A DNA stretch of 64,000 nucleotides from IMG/VR virus record IMGVR_UViG_3300033066_002255, one strand, 5' to 3'. The DNA is from a virus. Taxonomy: Duplodnaviria > Caudoviricetes. The notes beneath the pieces are model-generated. The model saw only the letters and a program-made list of their open reading frames with translations. It did not search any database and was not told where the DNA came from. Position numbers and translations under genes: made by a program. Below are positions 9,070 to 19,743 of the stretch, piece after piece; the first letter of the stretch is position 1, and each line of letters opens with the position of its first letter.

Positions 9070-10368
9070 ATGAGCTACAAAAGAAAAATAATTGGTACAT
9101 CCTTAGAAGAAATAAGGTTTTTTTATTTCATTAGACAAATATTTCCAGAAGCACAAAATAGATTTGTTTTTATTTATGATAAAAATAAAAGTTTTGAATT
9201 AGATATTTTTATACCACACCTAAATCTTGCAATTGAATATGATGGTGTGTATTTTCATTCTTCAAAATCAATGATAAAAAAAGATTTAAAGAAGAATGGT
9301 ATATGCAAAAAAAATGGTATAACACTAATCAGAATAAGAGAAAAGGGGTTAAGTAAAATATTTTTTCATGATATAGAATATAACTATCAATTAAAAAATA
9401 GTCACAAGGAATCTTTTAAAGGGCTTTTATGCTTTATAAAAAGTGAGTTTAATCTAAATCAATTTGAACTTAAATCAATAACAGAATTTGACTATGATAA
9501 ATTTGAAATAAGTCCTGAAGTATTGACACTTTTTAGGGAAATAGAATTTAGTAAATCACTAAAGGCTATTAATCCAAAACTATCAGAAGAATGGAATGTT
9601 GATAAAAATAATGGATTACTTCCTGATAATGTTAGCGCAAACACCGAACTTCTTGTGTGGTGGAAATGTAAAACTTGCAAAAATGAATGGCAAGCTACAG
9701 TTCATGAGAGAAACAGGGGATGGTATAATTGCATAAAATGCAGGTCTCTTGGTATTAAAAACCCAGAATTATCCAAAGAATGGCATCCAAAAAAAAATGC
9801 AGACTTAACCCCGTTTGATATTACATATGCTTCAAATAAGAAATATTGGTGGATTTGTGAAAATGGACATGAATATTTAACTTCTGTTCATACTAAAAAT
9901 AAAGGTGCTGGATGCCCATATTGTTCAGGGCATAAATTATACGAAAACAATTCTCTCGCTAAAATCAACCCAAAACTTTCAAATGAATGGCATCCAATAT
10001 TAAATGGTAATAAAACACCAGAAAATGTATTTTCAAGCTCAAGAACAGAAAAAGCTTGGTGGCAATGTTCAAATATTAAAGAGCATGCTTGGGAAGCTAA
10101 AATACATTCCAGGCACCAATTAGGCCATGGTTGTCCGTATTGTGATGGTAAAAAAGTATCAAAAGAAAATTCGTTGGCTCAAAATAGGCCAGAATTAGCA
10201 AAACAATGGCATCCAGCAAAAAACAATGAATTAACGCCTGAAAATGTAACAATTTCTTCTGGCAAAAGAGTTTGGTGGCAATGTAATTGTTGCAACCATG
10301 AGTGGCAAGCTAATATAAATAACAGAGTAAGGACTTCAGGGAAGTGTCCAAATTGTAGAAAAAAATAA
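9070..10368 (+). CDS. Putative free-standing endonuclease: PD-(D/E)XK/DUF559-like nuclease plus four treble-clef zinc-ribbon repeats
   Basis: ELDIFIPHLNLAIEYDGVYFH..D.KK..GITLIRIRE; four EW(H)PxKN..TP..WWxC..HEW..CPxC repeats. Confidence 0.8.
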   Translation: MSYKRKIIGTSLEEIRFFYFIRQIFPEAQNRFVFIYDKNKSFELDIFIPHLNLAIEYDGVYFHSSKSMIKKDLKKNGICKKNGITLIRIREKGLSKIFFHDIEYNYQLKNSHKESFKGLLCFIKSEFNLNQFELKSITEFDYDKFEISPEVLTLFREIEFSKSLKAINPKLSEEWNVDKNNGLLPDNVSANTELLVWWKCKTCKNEWQATVHERNRGWYNCIKCRSLGIKNPELSKEWHPKKNADLTPFDITYASNKKYWWICENGHEYLTSVHTKNKGAGCPYCSGHKLYENNSLAKINPKLSNEWHPILNGNKTPENVFSSSRTEKAWWQCSNIKEHAWEAKIHSRHQLGHGCPYCDGKKVSKENSLAQNRPELAKQWHPAKNNELTPENVTISSGKRVWWQCNCCNHEWQANINNRVRTSGKCPNCRKK

Positions 10369-10380
10369 CTATTTATTTAT

Positions 10381-10947
10381 ATGATATTAAGTGAATCATA
10401 TAAAAAGAGACTGCAAGAGCTTTCAGGTATTCAAGATGATACATATTCTTCATACAAAGGACTTGAGCCATATCAAAAAAGAAAAGAAGATTTCATAAAT
10501 TCAATAAAAAGCTTTTCAGATATTAATGATGATAAAATAAAAGAATTTATTTCTTACTTTGGGTATGAAGGATTTAATAGCGAAGAAGAAGCATATATCG
10601 ACTTGAAAGAAAAAATATCTTTTTACAAGGAAATGCCTAATCCAGTTATATTATATCGTGCAATTGGTGTAAAAAACAAAAAGATGATAAAAAATGACGA
10701 CTTAGGAGAGCATTATACACCTTATAAATGGAATATTGATACTGATATGTTAATGTCAATTGGATATGAAAATTGGGATGAAAATACGAAGCCTTATATA
10801 ATGGAGGTTTCAGTGCCGCATTCTGAAATAGATATTATTCAAACTATTATTCAAAATTTATCATTTCCAAATGAACACGAAATAAATTTAAAAAACAGCG
10901 GAAAAGGTGCTAAGTTTATAAAAGCATATAAATTAAAAGGATTTTAA
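10381..10947 (+). CDS. Putative ADP-ribosyltransferase-fold protein (R-S-E-like) with N-terminal head-targeting-like tag
   Basis: LYRAIGV...LGEHYT...FPNEHEINL (ExE); N-terminus MILSESYKKRLQELSGI. Confidence 0.5.
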   Translation: MILSESYKKRLQELSGIQDDTYSSYKGLEPYQKRKEDFINSIKSFSDINDDKIKEFISYFGYEGFNSEEEAYIDLKEKISFYKEMPNPVILYRAIGVKNKKMIKNDDLGEHYTPYKWNIDTDMLMSIGYENWDENTKPYIMEVSVPHSEIDIIQTIIQNLSFPNEHEINLKNSGKGAKFIKAYKLKGF

Positions 10948-10965
10948 ATAATAACATGGTAAAAT

Positions 10966-11427
10966 ATGAAAACAGAAAAAGATAGAATGAAAGAATTGGT
11001 TAAAATGTTCTCAAAAAAAGATGAAATATTTGCTGAGAAATCTACAAAAGATACAACCAATGAAAATCTAAAAAAAGAATATAATAGATTGCAGAATCTT
11101 GCTTCTGGTAAGGCAAATTCTACATTTAAGGAAAATTACATGAATACTGCTGATTTTGGTACTGGTGGAAATAAAGGTAAAACTGTTTCTTCTATAGCAG
11201 ATGAAATGTATAGCAATCCATCTTTATCATATCAACCTATTAGACAGCCTTTACAACCAGACGAGGGATTTGAATTAGCTATCAAAAGAGCTTTAAAATC
11301 AGGCGCTCCAGTTGATAATATGGGATTTTATGATGAAGTAAATTGGCATTTAATGAGTCTTGGTTTTCCAGCTAAAAATTCAATTGATATAAAATCAGCT
11401 ATTTTAAAACAGTTTGATAAAGACTAA
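10966..11427 (+). CDS. Hypothetical late protein
   Basis: ORF; DRMKELV and EYNRLQNLASG motifs. Confidence 0.7.
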   Translation: MKTEKDRMKELVKMFSKKDEIFAEKSTKDTTNENLKKEYNRLQNLASGKANSTFKENYMNTADFGTGGNKGKTVSSIADEMYSNPSLSYQPIRQPLQPDEGFELAIKRALKSGAPVDNMGFYDEVNWHLMSLGFPAKNSIDIKSAILKQFDKD

Positions 11428-11951
11428 TGGAAAAAAAATTTTTGCAAGAAGTAGTTATAAAAAAACTAAATGATTTAGTTTTAGAAGTTGGTGAATTTAA
11501 TTATAATAAAAATTTCACTCCAACTGATATTGTAGCTAACAAAGCCAAACAAGCTCTATCTTCTATTGCTGGAGGGGATTCAATTGAGAAAAATACAGAA
11601 ACTGGTTCTGGTAAAGAAAAAGCAGTTGAACTTTCTCAAAAAAAGTCTCAAAATGTAGAACAAATGAAAAAAATGAAAACTTTTTTTAGTAATCACTCTG
11701 CAGATATAATAAAAATTAAACAACAGGGAGGCCCTAAGACTGAAGAAGAAAAAGGTATATATCAATCTTGGAATTTACACGGAGGAGAAGAAGGTAAAAA
11801 ATGGGTTAATGATGAATTAAAAAAATTTCATGATGAAAACCTAAGAACAAAGAAAAATCTTAGAACTGCAGGTGGAGCAGGAACAAACAAAGGTATGGGT
11901 ATATTCGATACATCTATTATGGATACCACAAAACAAAGAATTCACAGATAA
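11427..11951 (+). CDS. Hypothetical phage protein (KMxxFFxxH...SWNLHGGxxGxxW motif)
   Basis: TAATG-coupled ORF; motif resembles an uncharacterised phage head-associated domain. Confidence 0.65.
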   Translation: MEKKFLQEVVIKKLNDLVLEVGEFNYNKNFTPTDIVANKAKQALSSIAGGDSIEKNTETGSGKEKAVELSQKKSQNVEQMKKMKTFFSNHSADIIKIKQQGGPKTEEEKGIYQSWNLHGGEEGKKWVNDELKKFHDENLRTKKNLRTAGGAGTNKGMGIFDTSIMDTTKQRIHR

Positions 11952-12002
11952 AATTTGGTTTTATTTATCTTAATTGTTATATTTTAAAAAAATAATATAA
12001 CA

Positions 12003-12596
12003 ATGAGTACAAAATTCGCAGCATCTGCATTTGCAGAATTAGAAAAATTAGAAACACCAAATTTAGATAGCCTTGAAAAAGGTTGGGAATACTTTGACGC
12101 CGATGATGAATTGGAAGAGTTTACTACTTATTTAGCTAAACACACAGGTCATCATGATGATTTAGAACCTAAAAGAATCAAGTATTTTTATACAACAAAA
12201 ATACAAAAAGATGGAGGTAGATTCGTAATTGGCTCTTTAGCAGCAAGACCAGCAGTAGAAAGAATGTTGAATGATAAGTATGATTATATGCTTTTCATTT
12301 ATTATCCTGTTTGGAAAAATTTAGACGCTAAAAATAAAGCAATTCAACTTGATAAACTTTTATGCGGTGTTGATATTCAACCAGGAAAAGATATGGCTGA
12401 AATTATTGCTAAAAAGAAGCCTACAGATTCAAGAGAATACTTAAATAACATGGCTCATTTTGGAAGTGAAGACGTTATTAAAAGCTCTGAAATTGTATCT
12501 ATGGGAGTAGAACAAATACTTAAGGATATTGCCGATAAGAAGAAGCAAGAAAAAGAGCAAAGAAAACAAAATAGTAAAAAGAATTCAGATGAATAA
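12003..12596 (+). CDS. Putative phage metallopeptidase-like protein, apparently lacking HExxH
   Basis: IKYFY...YDYMLFIYYPVW.NL...AIQLDKLLCG resembles the family, but the HELxH position reads KLLCG. Confidence 0.45.
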   Translation: MSTKFAASAFAELEKLETPNLDSLEKGWEYFDADDELEEFTTYLAKHTGHHDDLEPKRIKYFYTTKIQKDGGRFVIGSLAARPAVERMLNDKYDYMLFIYYPVWKNLDAKNKAIQLDKLLCGVDIQPGKDMAEIIAKKKPTDSREYLNNMAHFGSEDVIKSSEIVSMGVEQILKDIADKKKQEKEQRKQNSKKNSDE

Positions 12597-12888
12597 TTTT
12601 TCAAAAGAAGTTTTAAGAATAACAATAGATAAACTTAAAAATAAAGTAGAAAGTATTATGCTTAAAATTAGCATTTTACTTGATGATGAGAAAAATGTTG
12701 GTGCAGTCGATATATTAGAATCATACCTATTTGATTTAGATAAAAATAATGGAGCTTTAATTCAAGCTAAAAATTTACTATCACAATTAGAAGATGCTGA
12801 AGATATTGAGGGGCAACTTAAAAAAAAAGTAGAAATGCTTAAATCTTTATCGAGAACAAAAGATAATGATATAAAATTTACCGAATAA
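12589..12888 (+). CDS. Hypothetical coiled-coil protein (start revised to ATG 12589)
   Basis: ATG overlapping upstream stop region. Confidence 0.65.
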   Translation: MNNFSKEVLRITIDKLKNKVESIMLKISILLDDEKNVGAVDILESYLFDLDKNNGALIQAKNLLSQLEDAEDIEGQLKKKVEMLKSLSRTKDNDIKFTE

Positions 12889-13118
12889 TGATAATATTAC
12901 TTAAAATAATTTTGGGGCTTTTATCTGTTGCTAATATTTTAATCTTCAGATTTATTTATAAAGATTTTTATAAAATTAAAAAATCTGAAGGATATGATAG
13001 TTTATCTATTTGGGAAAAATTTAGATTTAGTTCTATTTTCTTTTTTATATTAACATCATCATTAAGCCTTCTTGTATTTTTAATTTATTTTATAGTTGTA
13101 CCTATTCAAATAATATAA
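12888..13118 (+). CDS. Small 2-TM membrane protein
   Basis: Two hydrophobic helices; TAATG coupling. Confidence 0.65.
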   Translation: MIILLKIILGLLSVANILIFRFIYKDFYKIKKSEGYDSLSIWEKFRFSSIFFFILTSSLSLLVFLIYFIVVPIQII

Positions 13119-13414
13119 TGAAGAAATTTTGGAAATACTCAAAAATAAGATTCTATATTTTAAATACTATATGGAATTATAAATTTTGGCTTTTTTCTAA
13201 GAAAGTCTATAGAACGGTTACACATAATGTACCTGATATAGAAAATATACAGATGGATTATACACAAATTATGAAACCAACGATTAAAACAATAACTAGC
13301 AAAAGATTTTCTGGTTATTTTTATGAAGGTCAAATATATCATGATAATCCTGGAATACAAGGAATTGATTCGGAAACTTGGTTAGAATGGAGAAGAAAAA
13401 AACTTATTGATTAA
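13118..13414 (+). CDS. Hypothetical protein
   Basis: TAATG-coupled ORF ending at a terminator. Confidence 0.65.
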   Translation: MKKFWKYSKIRFYILNTIWNYKFWLFSKKVYRTVTHNVPDIENIQMDYTQIMKPTIKTITSKRFSGYFYEGQIYHDNPGIQGIDSETWLEWRRKKLID

Positions 13415-13438
13415 AAAGCGGCATTAGCCGCTTTTTTT
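13413..13438 (+). terminator. Intrinsic terminator
   Basis: AAAAAGCGGC-ATTA-GCCGCTTTTTTT. Confidence 0.85.
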
Positions 13439-13483
13439 GCTTAAATAGGTTTTTTCTGAATATTTATTAGAAAAACCTTAACT

Positions 13484-15139
13484 ATGTCCAAACAAGAAGA
13501 AATATACCCTGAAGGTTTTCCAAGACAAATGGAAAGCTTTAGTGAAGAGCAAGAGTTCAAACAGTCTACTTTGGAGATTATAAAAAATACTGCATTAGAG
13601 ACAACCGAAAAAGCGTTTGAGGAGCTTGGATATAACAAACAAGATAGTAGAGCTGGAGAGTATGGTAATGGAGAATCATATGGTGCAGGAACATCTCTTG
13701 ACCATTTTAATGTAAGAATTACATCTAATCCAAGTACAAATACTTACTTTGAAAAAATAATTTATTTTGGTGGTAAAAAAGCTATTAGCGAAGTAACCAT
13801 TGGATGGGATGCTAAAAACAAAACTATTCAAATGGCTTATAAAACTACAGAGTTTAGTGCTTTTAGAGGCTATGGTTCTGATGTAGGCCCTATGTTAATA
13901 AACAAGAGAATAAATTTTGTTATAAAAGATAAAAATAAGTTTAAAGAAAATTTAACTAAGCTTTTTAAGAATTACGCTGAAAAAGAAATTGGTTATATAA
14001 CAAGTACTAAAATTGGTATTGAAGATAAAACAGAAAAAAGTATAAACTCAATGGTAGAAACAAATATGAAAAAATTCACTTTAAAAGACCTTATGACTTC
14101 ATCAGGAGATGAATTATCAAACACTCTTGAAAATTATGTCAATGAAAACAAAGAAGGCAAAGAAAATAAGGCAAAAACTAATAACCCTGAGGTTATTGCT
14201 GCAAATTCTCCTGGTAAACTCTTATTTGATGACATTGAAGATATAAAAGATGATACAATTAAGACTGCTGCTAAAAATAAATTAAAAAAGTTTGGAGTAA
14301 TTGCATTAAATGAATTAAAACCATCTGAGAAAAAGACATTCTTTGAAGAACTTGAAAAAGAATTACAAATTGATGAAATTACTGCTTCAGGAGGAAATGC
14401 TGCTGGAGGAGCTTTTTTAACTCCTATGGCATTTAAACCAGGAGGAGATTTAAATTTAGGTCAAAGAAAATTAGAAGATACTAATTATGCCAAAGGAAAA
14501 AAAGAAAGACCATCAGTTAAAAAATCCATGGAAGAAGGAGATAGTTTCTGGAGAACTGTAGAGTTAAATCCAGGCTCTGGTTATGTCCCTAAAGGTATGG
14601 AAAAAAATTATGTTTCTGGAGAACATAATAAAAAAATAAATGAAAGCATAGAAAAGGTTAATGATAAGCTTAATAAACCAGAGCTTATAAAAGAATCATT
14701 ATTAAAAAGAAAATTCATTACAATGAACGAAAACGAAGAAAAAGGTGTAAATAAAAGATATATTGTTACTGAGCAAAGGAGTGAAGATGAACAAAATGAA
14801 AGATGGAAAAAATTAGCTATGTTCGAAACTTATACTACAATAAAAGACGCTGAAAATTTACACGAATGTGGATGCGAAGATATTGATAATTCTCATGAAG
14901 TTACAATGAATCAAGGAGAAGCTGAAAATGAAAAAGAATTTTTACAAAGAAATTCTGATGCAGAAGTTGGAGGAGAAGTTGACGGAAGAGTTGTTTTAAT
15001 GGTTCCTAAACCAAATTCTCTTTCTAATGCAATGTTTAAAGTTTTTGAAGATGACTATTTAAATGAAAATAAAACTTATATTTTAGATTTAAACTCTGGT
15101 AACTTAGTGTTAAATCCAAACTTTAAAGTAAAAAAATAA
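13484..15139 (+). CDS. Large hypothetical late protein, possibly virion-internal and protease-processed
   Basis: TATTTAT at 13461; multiple (I/L/M/V)xE sites; ERWKKLAM motif. Confidence 0.7.
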   Translation: MSKQEEIYPEGFPRQMESFSEEQEFKQSTLEIIKNTALETTEKAFEELGYNKQDSRAGEYGNGESYGAGTSLDHFNVRITSNPSTNTYFEKIIYFGGKKAISEVTIGWDAKNKTIQMAYKTTEFSAFRGYGSDVGPMLINKRINFVIKDKNKFKENLTKLFKNYAEKEIGYITSTKIGIEDKTEKSINSMVETNMKKFTLKDLMTSSGDELSNTLENYVNENKEGKENKAKTNNPEVIAANSPGKLLFDDIEDIKDDTIKTAAKNKLKKFGVIALNELKPSEKKTFFEELEKELQIDEITASGGNAAGGAFLTPMAFKPGGDLNLGQRKLEDTNYAKGKKERPSVKKSMEEGDSFWRTVELNPGSGYVPKGMEKNYVSGEHNKKINESIEKVNDKLNKPELIKESLLKRKFITMNENEEKGVNKRYIVTEQRSEDEQNERWKKLAMFETYTTIKDAENLHECGCEDIDNSHEVTMNQGEAENEKEFLQRNSDAEVGGEVDGRVVLMVPKPNSLSNAMFKVFEDDYLNENKTYILDLNSGNLVLNPNFKVKK

Positions 15140-15158
15140 CATAATATTAATTTATGAG

Positions 15159-15186
15159 AAAATCCACCCCAAAAAGGTGGATTTTT
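15159..15186 (+). terminator. Intrinsic terminator
   Basis: AAAATCCACC/GGTGGATTTT hairpin. Confidence 0.8.
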
Positions 15187-15237
15187 TATTTTATTATATG
15201 TATAAAAATACCTATATTTCTTTTTTAATCAATCAAT

Positions 15238-15813
15238 ATGTCCAATAAAACTTCAATCGAAAATATATCTAACATCATATTGGAACTTTTTGTTGTTCAA
15301 GAGGGTAAAGATATACGTTTAAAACTTAATCCAGGAGATAAAAGCTGGTGCGATTCTGAGAATCATACTAAATCAATGATTTTATATGAAAGAAAGAATT
15401 TAATTAAATTATCAAATACATTTGAAGAGAGTGCAATTATTATTGATATTATTATAAAACCTCAAGTTCAAGTTAAAAATATTGATTTAGAATTTAAAGT
15501 TTTACCAACAGGAGATTCTTCAGATTTTCAAAAAATAGAAGAATCTAATACTGTGAATGAACCTATTGAAGATAATCAAAATGAAATAATAACAACATTA
15601 GATGTTGATGATTCCGAAAAAGATGAAATAGATTCTGAAGATAAAAAAATAGAAAAAAAATACAAAGGCAAAAAAAGAGGTCGCAAGAAAAAAAGAGGAC
15701 CTAAACCAGGAGCTAAGAAAAAAAAGGCAAAGCAATTATCTACAATACAAGAACCTCATCAAGACTTAAATTCTAATACTACAATAATCAGAACTGGATT
15801 TACAGCAAATTAA
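15238..15813 (+). CDS. Hypothetical protein with basic KKRGRKKKRGPKPG tail
   Basis: ORF; AT-hook-like basic segment. Confidence 0.65.
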   Translation: MSNKTSIENISNIILELFVVQEGKDIRLKLNPGDKSWCDSENHTKSMILYERKNLIKLSNTFEESAIIIDIIIKPQVQVKNIDLEFKVLPTGDSSDFQKIEESNTVNEPIEDNQNEIITTLDVDDSEKDEIDSEDKKIEKKYKGKKRGRKKKRGPKPGAKKKKAKQLSTIQEPHQDLNSNTTIIRTGFTAN

Positions 15814-15818
15814 TTATA

Positions 15819-16082
15819 ATGATTGTTAGAGAATTTAAAATAAATAAAATTAGCTTCAGAAAAAGAAAATTAACATTATTACAACATAAACTTAGAGTTG
15901 TAATGAAATGTTATACTATACATAATTTTTTAATAAATGATGAAAACAACTCCTTTAGTTTTCAAAAAACTTTTAAAAAAAGCGGAATACAAATAATTGA
16001 CTCTACTATAAATACTGGTAAGTTTAATGTAATAGATTTAGATGAATCAAATGAAATAATACTTCAAATAAATGTTGACTAA
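15819..16082 (+). CDS. Hypothetical protein
   Basis: ORF in operon. Confidence 0.55.
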   Translation: MIVREFKINKISFRKRKLTLLQHKLRVVMKCYTIHNFLINDENNSFSFQKTFKKSGIQIIDSTINTGKFNVIDLDESNEIILQINVD

Positions 16083-16821
16083 GAGAGAAGAATATATAAA
16101 GAGTTTTTTCTTTAATGAAAAAAGTAATATTATTTCTGAAATAGAGGCTGAAAATATAGCTTTAAAAATTTCTAAAATTGGAGAAAACATTGGATTTATT
16201 GGAACAAATATAAGTTCCAACAAAGAAAAGGTCGAAAAACGCAAACATAAATATGATGTTTGGATTGCAAAAGAAACTAAGAAAGATATGTCAATACTTG
16301 AAAAAGATATTGATATAAGACTGATAATAGATTGGGCAATAAATACTAAAGCAAATCTTTTTGAATATAGTTTTTATGAAGCTATGCTAGAACAAGAAAA
16401 ATGGCATTTACAAATAATGATGTCTCATAATATAGAAAAAATAAATATACCTTCTATAGATGAAAAAAGAATTGTTTTTAGATTTAGCGATAAAAATCAT
16501 TTTTTATATTTACTCAATGAATCAGATTTAAATTACGAAGGCAATTGTATGGGCCATTGTGTATCTGGAACTAATTATAAATCAAGAGTAAAAAATAATT
16601 TATCTCTAATTTTATCTTTAAGAGATAAAAAAAACGAACCTCATTTAACTCTTGAAATAGATGTTAAAAATGCTTTTCTAATACAACAACAAGGTAAGGG
16701 AAATGCTCAAATAAAAGATAAATATTTACTACTCATGAAAGAGTTTATATTATTTGCAAGCAACTATAAACTTATTGAAAATCGTGAGACATTAAAGTTT
16801 TTAAATTTACATTTAATTTAA
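16072..16821 (+). CDS. PcfJ-like domain protein
   Basis: LNYEGNCMGHCV...ILSLRDKKNEPHLTLEI...QQQGKGN. Confidence 0.7.
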   Translation: MLTKREEYIKSFFFNEKSNIISEIEAENIALKISKIGENIGFIGTNISSNKEKVEKRKHKYDVWIAKETKKDMSILEKDIDIRLIIDWAINTKANLFEYSFYEAMLEQEKWHLQIMMSHNIEKINIPSIDEKRIVFRFSDKNHFLYLLNESDLNYEGNCMGHCVSGTNYKSRVKNNLSLILSLRDKKNEPHLTLEIDVKNAFLIQQQGKGNAQIKDKYLLLMKEFILFASNYKLIENRETLKFLNLHLI

Positions 16822-17777
16822 TTAATTCTAATATACTTAGAAAGTAAATTTTGTAATGAACCGTCAACAGTATATTCTTGCAATTGTTTAGATTCAGGAA
16901 TTGGTAACATTTGATTTTGAGGTGTGTGTATATGAGTCAATAAAACTTTAATTATTAAATCTAAAAGCTTTACTAATTCATCCCCAAAAACTGCAGGATG
17001 TAATGTCCCAGCAAATTCACCAAATGATTTTAAATCTTCATTCTTTTCAAATGAAGCTAAATCACTATTTCTAAATTTTCCTATGGGAGAAAAAATATTA
17101 ATATTAGTTGATTGAAAATTAGCTTGAGAATAAGCTTTTAAAGGCCCTGTTTTATTATTATCAATTTGTTTAAGCTGTAAATAAGAAGGAGTTTCTGTAT
17201 TTATATCAAATGTACTTAGTTTAAATTTACCAGCCACCAAATAAGCCTCTCTTTGTCTTAGCATTAAATCCGCATCTCCTCTACCTTGAATTGCTACATC
17301 TGCTTGTTCTGGAAATGCGGTTACAACTTTTGGTTTATTTTGAGTTGTTTCATTAACATTAAAAACTGTATAGTCAAATATTTTTATAGCATCTTTATAC
17401 TCTTGGAATTTAAGTTTAAATTTAGAGTTTATGATTGGTCCAATCCAATATCTTGGAGCTGAATTATCTGAAGGATTTTCAAGAAATACAAACACCATTT
17501 CATTTACTAATGGCCTTACGTGAAAATGTTCAGGAAGCATAGGAGTACAAAATGGTAATTGTTCATCTGGCACATCTCTATCTCTTCCTCCTTTTATATT
17601 TCCATTCTCGTCAAGATTGATTATTCTAGCTACAATTCTATTTTGGTCTAAGGGGTCATTAATATTTATAACAATGGCAGGATAAATATTACGAGCAGCT
17701 TGATTCCCTTGAGAATAATTATTCCCCTGACCATTTGCATTTAATAAACTTTGCGTTAAATCATTCAAGCCTGCCAT
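16818..17777 (-). CDS. Baseplate hub/central spike (gp5/VgrG-type OB fold)
   Basis: AIVININDPLDQNRIVARI...P..NEMVFVF...RYWIG; C-terminal THIH metal-tip motif. Confidence 0.75.
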   Translation of the reverse strand: MAGLNDLTQSLLNANGQGNNYSQGNQAARNIYPAIVININDPLDQNRIVARIINLDENGNIKGGRDRDVPDEQLPFCTPMLPEHFHVRPLVNEMVFVFLENPSDNSAPRYWIGPIINSKFKLKFQEYKDAIKIFDYTVFNVNETTQNKPKVVTAFPEQADVAIQGRGDADLMLRQREAYLVAGKFKLSTFDINTETPSYLQLKQIDNNKTGPLKAYSQANFQSTNINIFSPIGKFRNSDLASFEKNEDLKSFGEFAGTLHPAVFGDELVKLLDLIIKVLLTHIHTPQNQMLPIPESKQLQEYTVDGSLQNLLSKYIRIN

Positions 17778-17778
17778 T

Positions 17779-18003
17779 TTATTTATTTTTTATTTTTTCT
17801 AATATCTCTGCATGTTCTTGTTCTATTGCATGCAATTCTTTCATTATTTCATTTATAGTAGCCATTCCTGATATATGTTTATCAGAAACTTTATCCTCTT
17901 TATCAAGACCTTCTAAGATTGTAAAAATAACATCTTTTTTTTCTTGATGAGAGTTTGCTAAATCACTTGCTTCTTTTAAAAGCTCTTGCTTATTTTTACT
18001 CAT
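17779..18003 (-). CDS. Small hypothetical protein
   Basis: Tightly packed ORF in baseplate operon. Confidence 0.65.
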   Translation of the reverse strand: MSKNKQELLKEASDLANSHQEKKDVIFTILEGLDKEDKVSDKHISGMATINEIMKELHAIEQEHAEILEKIKNK

Positions 18004-18004
18004 A

Positions 18005-18421
18005 TTATCTTGCTACTCCTATACCTGTATGTGTGGCAACTGTAGCTCCAACACTTACAACTGGACCTCCTGAGTTACCTCCTGAAGTAGATACTGTGGC
18101 TCCAGCATCTGTAACAACATCTACTCTCATATCCGTTTGTATTGCTTCTACTATTTCTTCACACATTATTTTAATTAAATTTTCCATTACATTCGTTGCG
18201 CCTCCCACTAAAGGGCCTGTTGGTATTCCTGCTTCAGGAAATCTTGAAATTATTGAAGAGGATAAAATTTCAGCACTTAATCCTGGTCTTGCTTTAGCCA
18301 ATAAAATCTGTTTAATAGATAGTTTAGGTAATTGAACCCTATCTTCATTTAATAAGAAAAGTAAGAAATTAGCAATTTCTTCTGATATGTTTAAATTTTC
18401 ATCTATACTAACTGCTGCCAT
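18005..18421 (-). CDS. Putative baseplate-associated protein
   Basis: Gly-rich beta C-terminus (GGPVVSVG); adjacent to spike gene. Confidence 0.5.
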   Translation of the reverse strand: MAAVSIDENLNISEEIANFLLFLLNEDRVQLPKLSIKQILLAKARPGLSAEILSSSIISRFPEAGIPTGPLVGGATNVMENLIKIMCEEIVEAIQTDMRVDVVTDAGATVSTSGGNSGGPVVSVGATVATHTGIGVAR

Positions 18422-18430
18422 AATTTTATT

Positions 18431-19741
18431 TTAAGATATTGAACCTATTACACTATTTAAAGTAGATAGTGCCGCTTGGTATTTTTGTACTTTATCAGCA
18501 GTATCTACAACTTTTTGGAATACTTGGTACTTTAATTTTATTTTTTCAAGTTTTCTCTTTTGTTTTTCAAGGGCTGTTCTTGCAAAATAATTTGCTACAA
18601 GCTGCTTGAATTTTTTAATAACAAATAATAAAAGTAATTTTAAAAGGTCTTTTAATAATGCGTTAAATAAACTCTTAGCAAATTCTTTTTTTGAATTACT
18701 TTCTGGGTCATTTGCAATAGAGCAATTATCAAATACAAATGTTCCTTGAGAAATGTTAGGCGAACCATTAGAAGATAAATCAGCATTTATTGCAGCAAAA
18801 AGATTTGGCAAATAAGGCTGAACTAATATGGAAATATAACTTAAAAGTTTTTCTATTAAAATCTGAAAAAACTTTTTACCCCCTTTATTTGCATTAGCCT
18901 CATTATTTATTCTTTGTACTTGATTTTGTACATATTGTACAGAAAAAGCCAAGGACTGAGCTGGAGTTGGTGGAACTGAACCTGCTTGAGAAAATTGTCC
19001 TCCTCCATTAAAAATAATACCTGGGTCTTCTGGTAATTTTATTTTAACTGTTTGACAAGATATTTCATAAATAACTTCTCCCTTTTCTAACTGTTCTCTT
19101 AATTTTGTTCTATTATATTCAATATCTTGATTTCTAACGATTGGGTCATTAGATAAAGAAAATGTTCCTTCTCCACATACGGCATTACCTATTAACTCAT
19201 CTGCATCAGTATTAGAAAGAGGAGTACTCATGCTTGCTTGTAATGCTTGATTTTTACCAAATATCATTAGCATTAATTTTTTAGATAAGTCTTGTTTTAC
19301 AGCTTGCAAAAAAGTATACGGTTCCCAACCCATTAATTCATAATACTTTGGTATTAATCCACGCAAATAAGATTTATTGGAATTTTTATATGCTTTTTTT
19401 TGTTCTTTAGTAGCAGTTGGATTATTAATATAAGGCCCATGTAGTTGTATGCCTTGTTCTCCAATTGAGTCTCCTATAGCATCTATAACTTTATCTTCAA
19501 GAAATGTACCAGCCTCATCAAATATTTTACTTAAAAAAGCATTAAAGATAACCTCTGGATTTAAACCCATTGTTTCTAATAATTTTAATAAATAATCATA
19601 GGTTGATATTTGATTTTCCTTTGGTATATTCCTCTTTTTAATGCTTGGTAACGCCAATAGGCTTTTCATTGAACCGATTTTTGCGGTCAACTCTCCCTGG
19701 GCATCAGTAAGCGGAGCATTAATAGGTAAATCAATAGCCAT
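18431..19741 (-). CDS. Hypothetical structural protein
   Basis: 436 aa ORF in late minus-strand operon. Confidence 0.65.
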   Translation of the reverse strand: MAIDLPINAPLTDAQGELTAKIGSMKSLLALPSIKKRNIPKENQISTYDYLLKLLETMGLNPEVIFNAFLSKIFDEAGTFLEDKVIDAIGDSIGEQGIQLHGPYINNPTATKEQKKAYKNSNKSYLRGLIPKYYELMGWEPYTFLQAVKQDLSKKLMLMIFGKNQALQASMSTPLSNTDADELIGNAVCGEGTFSLSNDPIVRNQDIEYNRTKLREQLEKGEVIYEISCQTVKIKLPEDPGIIFNGGGQFSQAGSVPPTPAQSLAFSVQYVQNQVQRINNEANANKGGKKFFQILIEKLLSYISILVQPYLPNLFAAINADLSSNGSPNISQGTFVFDNCSIANDPESNSKKEFAKSLFNALLKDLLKLLLLFVIKKFKQLVANYFARTALEKQKRKLEKIKLKYQVFQKVVDTADKVQKYQAALSTLNSVIGSIS

Positions 19742-19743
19742 AA

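Noticed and set aside
12888-13118. Holin
   Set aside because: Two TM helices only and not linked to the endolysin; evidence insufficient
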